From positions 324,435-364,434 of the forward strand of contig CAWESU010000003.1 of assembly GCA_963811805.1 (NCBI GenBank): 40,000 nucleotides of DNA, read 5' to 3'. Both the position numbers and the translations under genes were made by a program. The stretch is from an uncultured Acidobacteriota bacterium (GTDB lineage Bacteria; Acidobacteriota; Terriglobia; Acidiferrales; UBA7541). The notes below the pieces were generated by a model. The model saw nothing but the letters and a program-made list of their open reading frames with translations, was not told the origin of the DNA and ran no database searches. Below, piece after piece: positions 1 through 7,990 of this stretch. Within the stretch, counting starts at the first letter, position 1. The number at the start of each line of letters is the position of its first letter.

Positions 1-246
1 CTCCAATCGTTCGTCCAGGAGTACGGCCCCACGGTGCTGATTTCTCCGCCCGCCAAGGGATTCGATCTTTGGGCCTGGCTGATGCCTATCGTTATGCTCC
101 TGGCCGGGGCGCTTCTGGCGTCCTACGTTGTCCTCCGATGGAGGCGCCGCACCGAAGTCGCGCCCGCCGCGCGAGTCTCGCCCGACCTTCTCGCGCGTGC
201 GCGTCATCAGATGGGTGCCCAGATGGATGCGGAGTCCGATGACTAG
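1..246 (+). CDS. ccmH: cytochrome c-type biogenesis protein CcmH/CycL, C-terminal part (5' end upstream of window)
   Basis: Frame 1 is open from nt 1 (LQSFVQEYGPTVLISPPAKGFDLWAWLMPIVMLLAGALL..RWRRR). This matches the conserved CcmH tail: YGxxVLxxPP, LW, one TM helix and a basic anchor. It is followed by ccmABCD. Confidence 0.6.
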   Translation, partial: LQSFVQEYGPTVLISPPAKGFDLWAWLMPIVMLLAGALLASYVVLRWRRRTEVAPAARVSPDLLARARHQMGAQMDAESDD

Positions 247-571
247 CCAGGCCATCCTCGTTTCCTTGTGCTGCGTCGCAATGGCGATCGCCACGCTGTG
301 GTTTGTCTTTGGCGTGAAGCTGGAGGCGTACGACTTCGCGCCGCATCGCTCGCGCCTCGATCAACTGCTCGAACGGCGCGGCACCATCTACGAAAATCTT
401 CGCGACTTGCGCTTCGAGCATCGCGCCGGCAAATTTTCAGAAGAAGACTACGAAGCGATGAAGCACGCGCTGGAAATCGAGGCCGCGCGCGTGATCGCGG
501 ATATGGATAAACTGACCGGCGGCGCGCCCACGGCGGCCACGCGGCAAGCCGCGTCGGAGAAATCACGGTGA
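239..571 (+). CDS. small single-pass membrane protein with C-terminal SHOCT-like helical motif
   Basis: ATG 239 overlaps the ccmH stop (ATGACTAG). TM helix ILVSLCCVAMAIATLWFVF. The tail LRDLRFEHRAGKFSEEDYEAMK is paralogous to the tail of the next ORF. The longer 128..571 track ORF would overlap ccmH and is not needed. Confidence 0.5.
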   Translation: MTSQAILVSLCCVAMAIATLWFVFGVKLEAYDFAPHRSRLDQLLERRGTIYENLRDLRFEHRAGKFSEEDYEAMKHALEIEAARVIADMDKLTGGAPTAATRQAASEKSR

Positions 572-1908
572 TAACGAGGATGGATTCCGAAAAGATGCGC
601 GCATCGGCGAAAAGGCGCGAAAACAAATCACGGTACCGGTCGTGGGTGGGTCGTTGTTTGGCCGTCGGCGCGGCGCTTCTCTTTCTTGGCGCCGCGCGAC
701 CAGCGGCGGCGGGCACCGTGTCGGGCGTCGTGCAAAATGGCACCACAAACCATCCGGTGTCCGGTGCCGACGTTATTCTTCTCGCCCTCCAGGGCGGCAT
801 GCAGGCGGTCGCAACAGTGAAGACCGACGCCTCGGGCCATTTCACCATCACCAACGACGGCCTGGGCGCAGCGCCAATGCTCCTGCGCGTCCCTTACAAG
901 GGCGTTTTCTACCATGCGCCGGTACCGCCGAATACGCCGTCGGTCCAAGTCGAAGTCTACGAGCCGACGCGCGACCCGCATTCGTTTACTGTGACCACGC
1001 GCGCCATCATTCTCCAGCCAAAAGGTTCCGACCTCACGGTCGGCGAGGAATACACCATTGAGAATCAAACCCAGCCGCCGGTGGCCTTCTACTTGAAGGA
1101 CGGAAGTTTTCGCTTCGAGCTTCCTCAGGGCGCGCAGCTCAGCCAGGTCTCCGCATGGGACGCCAGCAAAATGCCGGTCATCCAGGGCACCATCGATAAA
1201 GGCAGCGGCGTGGAAGCGGTGGACTGGCCGTTCCGCCCCGGCGATAACGGCGTGCGCATCTCCTACGAGCTGCCGTACACCTCGAATCAGGCCACTATTC
1301 AATCAACGTCAATCTATGACGTTCAAAGTGTCATTCTCGCTGTGCCTCCCGGCCTCCAGGTCTCCGCTGCTGGCTTCTCTCCCGCGCAAAGCGAACAGGG
1401 TTTCGACATTTACACTCACGCTGCGGTCGCCGCGAACACTCCGCTGGCCATCTCAGTTTCGGGCATCGCCTCTGCGCCCGCTGCCTCCCCGGACAACGGT
1501 GCGCAGGACCCATCCGTCAACTCCCGCGCTGACGGTGCCGACGCGGCTGCCACCACGGCGCTGCCGCCGCGCCTCGACGACAACGTGAAGTACATCCTTG
1601 TGGCCGGATTTGCGGCCTTGTTTTTGCTGGGTGTGATTTTTCTCTGGCGCCGCCCCGCAGCACAAACCGTAGGTGCCACAACATCATCGGCAAACGAAAT
1701 CGTCGCGCCGCCCGCGCAAATCGCGCCGCCGTCAGTCACTCCCGCCGTGGAGAAAGTCGAGCGCGAAGCAACCCGCAGCCTCGACGAGCTGAAGGAAACT
1801 CTGTTCCGCCTGGAGCTGCGCCACCAGGCCGGCACCATCAGCGAGCAGGACTACACTCGCGAGCGTGAACGCACGCAAAAAATCCTGCGGGACCTTCTGA
1901 AGGGCTGA
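568..1908 (+). CDS. exported protein with carboxypeptidase-regulatory-like N-domain, C-terminal TM helix and SHOCT-like tail
   Basis: GTG 568 overlaps the previous stop (GTGA); in-frame ATGs at 580 and 595 are alternative starts. Signal-like [44 protein letters not shown] resembles a CarboxypepD_reg domain start. [21 protein letters not shown]. Tail [18 protein letters not shown]. Confidence 0.6.
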   Translation: MITRMDSEKMRASAKRRENKSRYRSWVGRCLAVGAALLFLGAARPAAAGTVSGVVQNGTTNHPVSGADVILLALQGGMQAVATVKTDASGHFTITNDGLGAAPMLLRVPYKGVFYHAPVPPNTPSVQVEVYEPTRDPHSFTVTTRAIILQPKGSDLTVGEEYTIENQTQPPVAFYLKDGSFRFELPQGAQLSQVSAWDASKMPVIQGTIDKGSGVEAVDWPFRPGDNGVRISYELPYTSNQATIQSTSIYDVQSVILAVPPGLQVSAAGFSPAQSEQGFDIYTHAAVAANTPLAISVSGIASAPAASPDNGAQDPSVNSRADGADAAATTALPPRLDDNVKYILVAGFAALFLLGVIFLWRRPAAQTVGATTSSANEIVAPPAQIAPPSVTPAVEKVEREATRSLDELKETLFRLELRHQAGTISEQDYTRERERTQKILRDLLKG

Positions 1909-1918
1909 GCGTCGCGCC

Positions 1919-2632
1919 TTGCCTGCCGCGCCATCGTCCGTTTCCATCGGCGTCACCTTCGAGCAAGTCGAAAAGCGCTACGGCGCATTTGTTGCGCTGC
2001 GGAAAGTCTCGCTCTCCATCGCTCCCGGCGAATGCGTCGCGCTTCTTGGCCCCAATGGCTCCGGGAAAACGACGCTTCTGAAAATGGCGGCGCTGCTCGT
2101 CAGGCCAACTTCCGGCCGCGTCGTTTTTCCGAGCGCGGGAACTGATGCAAGAGCGATCCGGCGGCAAATTGGCCTGGTGGGTCACAACATTCTCGTTTAC
2201 GACGAACTGACAGCGCAGGAAAACCTGGAACTCTTTGCGCGGCTCTTCGAACTCGAACGCCCGCGCGAACGCGCCGCCGAAAGTCTCGAAGCTGTGGGCT
2301 TGGCGACGCGCGCTGACTATATGGTGCGCACCTTCTCTCGCGGCATGCGTCAGCGCCTGGCCCTCGCGCGCGCGTTGTTGGCCTCGCCGGCGCTTCTGCT
2401 GCTCGACGAGCCCGCCGCCGGTCTCGACCAGCAAGGCCTTCTCTGGCTCACCACCACTCTGCGAAATCTGCGCGCGCAGGGCCGCACCATCATCATGAGC
2501 ACGCATGCGCGAAACGAAGTCACCGACATTTTCACGCGCGCCGTCGCCATTTCCGGAGGCCGCGTGGAGCGCGATTCCGGAGTGAATGGCGACCCCCGCC
2601 CGCTTCTGGAAGAGCTGAAGGTGGGCGCCTGA
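1919..2632 (+). CDS. ccmA: heme exporter ABC ATP-binding protein CcmA
   Basis: Walker [12 protein letters not shown], signature-like [12 protein letters not shown], Walker B LLLLDEP. It directly precedes ccmB with a TGATG overlap. The TTG start at 1919 is uncertain. Confidence 0.8.
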   Translation: MPAAPSSVSIGVTFEQVEKRYGAFVALRKVSLSIAPGECVALLGPNGSGKTTLLKMAALLVRPTSGRVVFPSAGTDARAIRRQIGLVGHNILVYDELTAQENLELFARLFELERPRERAAESLEAVGLATRADYMVRTFSRGMRQRLALARALLASPALLLLDEPAAGLDQQGLLWLTTTLRNLRAQGRTIIMSTHARNEVTDIFTRAVAISGGRVERDSGVNGDPRPLLEELKVGA

Positions 2633-3306
2633 TGGACGCCGCGCGCGCTGCCGCCGTCGTATTGCGTAAGGAAATTCGCGCCGAGATGCGCACGCGCGAA
2701 TTGCTGCAGACCACCGTCACGTTCGTCATCATCGTGGTCGTTCTTTTCAGTTTTGCGTTCGAGCCTTCCGCTGCGGAGGCCCGCCGTTACGGCCCCGGCC
2801 TGCTCTGGATCGCGCTGCTCTTCGCCGGCTCGCTGATGCTCAATCCGTCGTTCGCGAAAGAGCAATTGAACGACACGATTTATGCCTTGCGCATGGCGCC
2901 GGTCAGTCCGTTCTCGATTTACCTCGGCAAAATGCTCGCGAATTTGCTCTTTCTCGCGATCACCGAGGTGGTGCTCTTGCCGGTGTTTGCCGTGCTTTAC
3001 AATGTTTCCCTGTGGCCGGTGCTCGGACGGCTCATCATCGTGCTGTTTTTGGGGACCTTTGGCATCGCCGTTACCGGCACGGTTTTTTCCGCCGTGGCCA
3101 CGCAGGCGCGCATGCGCGAAGTCCTGCTGCCGCTTTTGCTCCTGCCGGTATTGGTTCCGTTGCTGATCGCCTCGGTGGAAGCCACCGCGGAATTGTTCGC
3201 GGAAGCTCCCGCGCTCGACCGCACCTGGGTTGCAGTCCTGGTGGCATTTGATATCGTCTTCTTTGCCACCGCCTGGCTGCTCTCTGATTACTTGTTGGAG
3301 GAATAG
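2632..3306 (+). CDS. ccmB: heme exporter permease CcmB
   Basis: A 224-aa polytopic membrane protein between ccmA and ccmC. The ATG overlaps the ccmA stop by 1 nt. Size and hydrophobic profile are typical of CcmB. Confidence 0.75.
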   Translation: MDAARAAAVVLRKEIRAEMRTRELLQTTVTFVIIVVVLFSFAFEPSAAEARRYGPGLLWIALLFAGSLMLNPSFAKEQLNDTIYALRMAPVSPFSIYLGKMLANLLFLAITEVVLLPVFAVLYNVSLWPVLGRLIIVLFLGTFGIAVTGTVFSAVATQARMREVLLPLLLLPVLVPLLIASVEATAELFAEAPALDRTWVAVLVAFDIVFFATAWLLSDYLLEE

Positions 3307-3346
3307 TGGCACACTCGCCGGAACGGGGAAGTTATAACGGCAACCG

Positions 3347-4054
3347 ATGAAGAACCGGGGAATCGCAACGCTGATCGTCGCCGGCCTGTTTTGCTTCGCG
3401 GGCTACGCCGTATTTTTCATCGCGCCCGACGAAGCCACCATGCACGCCATCCAGCGCATTTTTTATTTCCACGCTTCGTCTGGCTGGGCGGCAATGGAAG
3501 GCACGGGCATCGTGTTTTTCGCGAATATTGCCTATCTCCGGAAGCGTCAGCCGAAATGGGACTGGCTCGCCGTCTCCGCCGTGGAAGTCAGCCTCGCATT
3601 CTGGTCCGTCGTTCTCGTCACAGGACCGATTTGGGCGCATCCCGTTTGGGGCGTCTGGTGGGCGTGGGATTGGCGCTTGACGCTGACGCTTATCCTTTGG
3701 ATTTTGTACGTCGCCTATCTCGTCTTGCGTACGCTTATTGACGATTTCGAGCGCCGCGCCGCTGCTTCCGCCATCTTCGGCATTTTCGTTTTCCTCGGCG
3801 TACCGCTCGATTATCTGTCGATCCGCATCTTTCGTACCCAGCACCCACAGCCCGTTTTGTTCGGTGGGCCGAACTCGGGCTTGGATCCCACCATTGCCAA
3901 GGTATTTTTTTCCTGCAGCGCACTGATGACCCTTTTGATGATCATTCTGGTCGTTCAGCGTTATCGCCTGGAGCGCCTGAAATACGAAGCGGAAGAAATG
4001 CGCCTTGTGGTTGAGGAACGCACCGAGGCGCAATTATCGAAATCGCGAAGTTGA
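3347..4054 (+). CDS. ccmC: heme exporter protein CcmC
   Basis: Tryptophan-rich WWD heme-handling motif WGVWWAWDWRLT; multi-TM protein; position after ccmB. Confidence 0.85.
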   Translation: MKNRGIATLIVAGLFCFAGYAVFFIAPDEATMHAIQRIFYFHASSGWAAMEGTGIVFFANIAYLRKRQPKWDWLAVSAVEVSLAFWSVVLVTGPIWAHPVWGVWWAWDWRLTLTLILWILYVAYLVLRTLIDDFERRAAASAIFGIFVFLGVPLDYLSIRIFRTQHPQPVLFGGPNSGLDPTIAKVFFSCSALMTLLMIILVVQRYRLERLKYEAEEMRLVVEERTEAQLSKSRS

Positions 4055-4081
4055 AGCAACGCTCGTCATCGGGAGGTAGTC

Positions 4082-4222
4082 ATGCAAAATTTCTGGAGCC
4101 TGTTTGCGGCCTACTTGGTTTTTTGGGCGATTTTTTTCATTTATGATTTCACTGTCGCGCGGCGCCTCGCGCGCGTCGAAAAGGACCTAGCGCGGATAAA
4201 GCAGCAGATGCCCGGACGTTAA
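4082..4222 (+). CDS. ccmD: CcmD-family small membrane protein (46 aa, below the ORF-track cutoff)
   Basis: My translation: MQNFWSLFAAYLVFWAIFFIYDFTVARRLARVEKDLARIKQQMPGR. GGGAGG RBS lies 6 nt upstream. One TM helix with the AY..W..F.Y pattern plus a basic helical tail. It lies immediately after ccmC. Confidence 0.6.
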   Translation: MQNFWSLFAAYLVFWAIFFIYDFTVARRLARVEKDLARIKQQMPGR

Positions 4223-4258
4223 GAGCCCTCGGAATTCTGGAGCAGGGAAGCGGCTTCC

Positions 4259-5251
4259 ATGCCAGCGCGGAAAAAAATCGGCGTAGTCCTTTTTCAGCTC
4301 GGCGGCCCGGACCGCCTCGAAGCCGTTGAGCCATTTCTCTACAATCTGTTCTGCGACCCGGAAATCATCAATTTCATGGGCGCCAGCCTCGCGCGAAAGC
4401 CGCTCGCAAAGCTCATCGCTTCGCGTCGCGCACAGGTCGTTCGCGAACATTACCAGGCCATCGGCGGCGCCTCGCCCATCGTTGAGCTCACCAATCGCCA
4501 GGCCCGCGCCCTCGCGTCAGCGCTCCAGCCCGATATCGACGCGCGCGTCGTCGTCGCCATGCGCTACTGGCATCCGCTCACCGCAGACGCCATCGCCGAG
4601 CTTCGCGGCGAATCGCTCGACCAATTGATCCTGCTTCCGCTGTATCCCCACTATTCCTTTGCTACCACCGGCAGCAGTTTGAAGGAGTGGCAGCGCCTTT
4701 ACGGCAGCAACGGCGTCCCCGTGCGCCCCCCCGTGAGCCCCTTCGTGAAAATGATCAACGATTTTCATGACAATCCTTTGTACATCGCGGCGCTGGCCGA
4801 GCGCGTCTACGAGTCGCTCAGCGCACTGAGCCAGCCCGAAAGCGTGCATCTGCTCTTCAGCGCGCACGGCCTGCCGCTCAGCCTGGTCGAGAAGGGCGAT
4901 CCCTACCCGCGCCAGATCGAAGAAACCATGAAGCTCGTGCTCGCCGCCGGCGGCTGGTCCAATCCATCCACTCTTTGCTACCAGAGCCGCGTCGGCCGCC
5001 AAAAGTGGTTGGAGCCCTCGCTCACCGCCACCATCGACAAATTGGCCGCTGACGGCGTCCGCCGCCTGCTGGTCATTCCCATCTCATTTGTCACCGAGCA
5101 CATTGAAACGCTCCACGAAATCAACATCGAAGCCCGCGAACACGCCGAGGCGCAGGGCATCACCGAATTCCGCATGATGGCCTCCCTCAACGATTCGCCC
5201 ACCTTCATCCGCGCGCTCGCCGATCTGGTGAAGGCCGCCGTCTCGGTGTGA
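4259..5251 (+). CDS. hemH: ferrochelatase
   Basis: 330 aa. GVVLFQLGGPD N-terminus, LILLPLYPHYS, LLFSAHGLP and FVTEHIETL are classic ferrochelatase blocks. Confidence 0.9.
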   Translation: MPARKKIGVVLFQLGGPDRLEAVEPFLYNLFCDPEIINFMGASLARKPLAKLIASRRAQVVREHYQAIGGASPIVELTNRQARALASALQPDIDARVVVAMRYWHPLTADAIAELRGESLDQLILLPLYPHYSFATTGSSLKEWQRLYGSNGVPVRPPVSPFVKMINDFHDNPLYIAALAERVYESLSALSQPESVHLLFSAHGLPLSLVEKGDPYPRQIEETMKLVLAAGGWSNPSTLCYQSRVGRQKWLEPSLTATIDKLAADGVRRLLVIPISFVTEHIETLHEINIEAREHAEAQGITEFRMMASLNDSPTFIRALADLVKAAVSV

Positions 5252-5283
5252 CCATTTTCGCGCAAACAAATGGCGAGAAACTC

Positions 5284-5312
5284 TTGACACCGCGCGAAGC
5301 TCATCATATAAA
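5284..5312 (+). promoter_or_regulatory. sigma70-like promoter candidate for the Rieske/cytochrome b operon
   Basis: TTGACA (5284-5289), 17-nt spacer, TATAAA (5307-5312), 66 nt upstream of the Rieske ATG. It is bracketed by a perfect 9-bp inverted repeat: GCGCGAAGC at 5292-5300 and GCTTCGCGC at 5321-5329. Confidence 0.45.
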
Positions 5313-5377
5313 GTTTCTTTGCTTCGCGCTTCATAGTCATTCATCTTTAATACTGCGCGCAAAGCACTTACTGCTCG

Positions 5378-5959
5378 ATGCCGGAAAAATCCGAGTCGAA
5401 AACCGCTGAAAAACAGGGTGCTCCCGCAGCGCCGCCCGCCGCTACGAAATCCAATCCTTCCGATTCTGGCAAGAAGGACGTTGACCGCGTCCGTCGCCGC
5501 TTCATCTGGACGTTCCTGTGGGGCTATCTCGGCGTCAATTTCCTGATGTTCCTGCGCTATTTCTTCCCGCGCGCTTTGTTCGAGCCTCCCACGGCTTTCA
5601 ACGCCGGCTACGTCGCCGATTACAGCCTCGGCGTCGACCAGCGTTTTCTGCAGTCCAATCGCTGCTGGGTCGTGCGCGAGCCCGGCCGTTTGTTCGTCAT
5701 TTTCGCGCAGTGTACCCATTTGGGCTGCACGCCGGACTGGGAGCAAGCCCAGAACATCTTTCACTGCCCATGCCACGGAAGCGAATACGATAGCGAGGGC
5801 ATCAACTTTGCGGGCCCGGCGCCGCGGCCGATGGATCGCTGCCACATCGTGCTCGATCCCTCCAATCAGATTCTCGTCGATAGCAGCCAGCGGTACATCA
5901 TGGACCCCGCCGCGGGCACAAACCAATTCAACGACACCGACGCTTTCATTAGCGCCTAG
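5378..5959 (+). CDS. Rieske 2Fe-2S subunit of a cytochrome bc-type complex
   Basis: Cluster-binding boxes CTHLGC and CPCHGS are spaced as in Rieske proteins. N-terminal TM helix. First gene of the bc operon. Confidence 0.85.
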   Translation: MPEKSESKTAEKQGAPAAPPAATKSNPSDSGKKDVDRVRRRFIWTFLWGYLGVNFLMFLRYFFPRALFEPPTAFNAGYVADYSLGVDQRFLQSNRCWVVREPGRLFVIFAQCTHLGCTPDWEQAQNIFHCPCHGSEYDSEGINFAGPAPRPMDRCHIVLDPSNQILVDSSQRYIMDPAAGTNQFNDTDAFISA

Positions 5960-5988
5960 TCTTCGGTTTTCAAGGAAAAGGCGGAAGA

Positions 5989-6885
5989 ATGGCAGACCAG
6001 AAGGACGGGAATGACCACAAGACGGGCGTTCTCGAAGATCTAAAAGAAAAATCTCGCGAGTTTGGTGAGATCGTCAAAACCAAAACGCAGGAACAGCTCG
6101 AAGAGCTGAAGAAGCCGCAGGAGACTCAGCTCTATCGTTCGATCTTCCGCATCAAACACGACGAAGAACCGCGGAATCGCGCCCTTTCGACCCTCAATAA
6201 TCTTTTCTTCCACATCCATCCGGCAAAGGTAAATCGCGACGCCACGCGCTACGGCTACACCTGGGGGCTCGGCGGTATCACTTTTTACCTCTTCATCGTA
6301 CTGGTGTTCACCGGCGTCATGCTGATGTTTTATTACCATCCGACGAAAATCCAGGCGTTCCGCGACATTCTCTATCTCGAAAACGACGTGCCCTTCGGTC
6401 GCCTCCTGCGCAACATGCATCGCTGGGCCGCGCACTTGATGGTCATGGCCGTCTGGCTTCACATGTTCCGGGTGTTCATGTCTGGCTCGTATAAGCGCCC
6501 GCGCGAATTCAACTGGTGCGTCGGCGTGCTGTTGATGGTTCTGACGTTGCTGCTTTCTTTCACGGGTTACTTGCTCCCCGATGACCAACTCGGCTTTTGG
6601 GCCGTCACTGTCGGCACCAACATGGCGCGCGCCACTCCTCTTCTCGGCAACCAGGGGCCCTTTGGCCCGCAGTTAGGCATGACTCCTTACAACGACGTGC
6701 GCTTCGCGCTTTTGGGCGGCTCGATCGTCGATGCGAACGCCCTGCTGCGTGCCTACATTTGGCATTGCATTGCCATTCCGCTGATTGCTTCGGTCTTCAT
6801 GGGTGTGCATTTCTGGCGCGTCCGCAAGGACGGCGGCATTTCAGGTCCGTCTCCTGTCATGCTGGAATCGGAAACCAAGGCGTAG
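5989..6885 (+). CDS. cytochrome b (N-terminal, b6-like half)
   Basis: Four-helix heme-bearing half with conserved His pairs (RNMHRWAAHLMV..., WHCIAIP). Length and position match split cytochrome b. Confidence 0.85.
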   Translation: MADQKDGNDHKTGVLEDLKEKSREFGEIVKTKTQEQLEELKKPQETQLYRSIFRIKHDEEPRNRALSTLNNLFFHIHPAKVNRDATRYGYTWGLGGITFYLFIVLVFTGVMLMFYYHPTKIQAFRDILYLENDVPFGRLLRNMHRWAAHLMVMAVWLHMFRVFMSGSYKRPREFNWCVGVLLMVLTLLLSFTGYLLPDDQLGFWAVTVGTNMARATPLLGNQGPFGPQLGMTPYNDVRFALLGGSIVDANALLRAYIWHCIAIPLIASVFMGVHFWRVRKDGGISGPSPVMLESETKA

Positions 6886-6973
6886 CGCCGTTTGATGGGA
6901 ACGTCGGATTCTCTGGTGTACCCGCCCTGGCAAAATCGGGCGGCAGTTGAGCGCAAGAGGTGAGCGTTAACTA

Positions 6974-7963
6974 ATGTTTGGTGATTGGCATCAGCTCTGG
7001 GTCATCATTTCCGCGCCGGATAATATTCCGATCGTGGCCATGCTCGGCCTTGTGCCGTTCTTCACCTGGTATGCCTTTCACAACATGCTCGCGAACGACC
7101 GCCTGATCGCCCAGCTCGAAGCCGATCCCCAGCTTGCGCGCACGCACCACCGCACCACCTACCCGTACAATTCGCGCTGGGAGCGCGAGCTGCACACCAA
7201 TCCGTTCCTGATGCGCAAGGAGCTGCTTGCCGCCATCATCATCACCATCATCTTGATGGTCTGGGCGCTCATGCTCAATGCTCCGCTGGAAGAGCCCGCC
7301 AACGCCAGCGTCACCATGAATCCTGCTAAAGCCCCGTGGTACTTCCTCGGCTTGCAGGAGATGCTCGAATACTTTGACCCCTGGATCGCCGGCGTCATCG
7401 TGCCCACGCTGATCATCGTTGGCTTGATGGCTATTCCGTTCATCGACGCCAATCCGCTGGGCAACGGCTATTACACCTACAAGCAGCGCCGCCATGCCAT
7501 CTGGACCTTCCTGATCGGCTTCGAAGCCATCTGGCTTGTCCTCGTCTGCATCGGCACCTTCATCCGCGGTCCGGGCTTCATGTGGTATTGGCCCACGCAA
7601 ACCTGGGACCCGGATCGCGTCGAATTTAACGTCAACCGCAATCTCGACCAACTTTTCGGCATTAACGGCAATTGGCTCGCCCATATTTTGCCCGCAAGCC
7701 TGCGGCCGGAGGCCGTCATCGTTGCCCGCGCTTTGTTCGGCATTATTCCTATGGTTGTGTACGGCATCGTCGCCGCGCTCTTCATTCACTGGATCTGCAT
7801 GCGCAGCGAATACAGCCGCAAAATCTATCGCAAGATGAGCATTCTGCAGACCGTGACCATGTACATTTTCCTGATCACTATGCTCTTCGTGCCGGTGACG
7901 ATTTTTCTCCGGCTCGTTTTCCGTATTAAGTACATTTGGGAGACGCCGTGGTTCAGCATCTAG
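6974..7963 (+). CDS. cytochrome b C-terminal half / subunit IV-like membrane protein
   Basis: PAKAPWYFLGLQEMLEYF corresponds to the PEWYFL motif of cytochrome b C-terminal/PetD-type subunits. Polytopic membrane protein. Confidence 0.75.
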   Translation: MFGDWHQLWVIISAPDNIPIVAMLGLVPFFTWYAFHNMLANDRLIAQLEADPQLARTHHRTTYPYNSRWERELHTNPFLMRKELLAAIIITIILMVWALMLNAPLEEPANASVTMNPAKAPWYFLGLQEMLEYFDPWIAGVIVPTLIIVGLMAIPFIDANPLGNGYYTYKQRRHAIWTFLIGFEAIWLVLVCIGTFIRGPGFMWYWPTQTWDPDRVEFNVNRNLDQLFGINGNWLAHILPASLRPEAVIVARALFGIIPMVVYGIVAALFIHWICMRSEYSRKIYRKMSILQTVTMYIFLITMLFVPVTIFLRLVFRIKYIWETPWFSI

Positions 7964-7990
7964 GCCTCGCGCACCATCACATCAAGGAGA

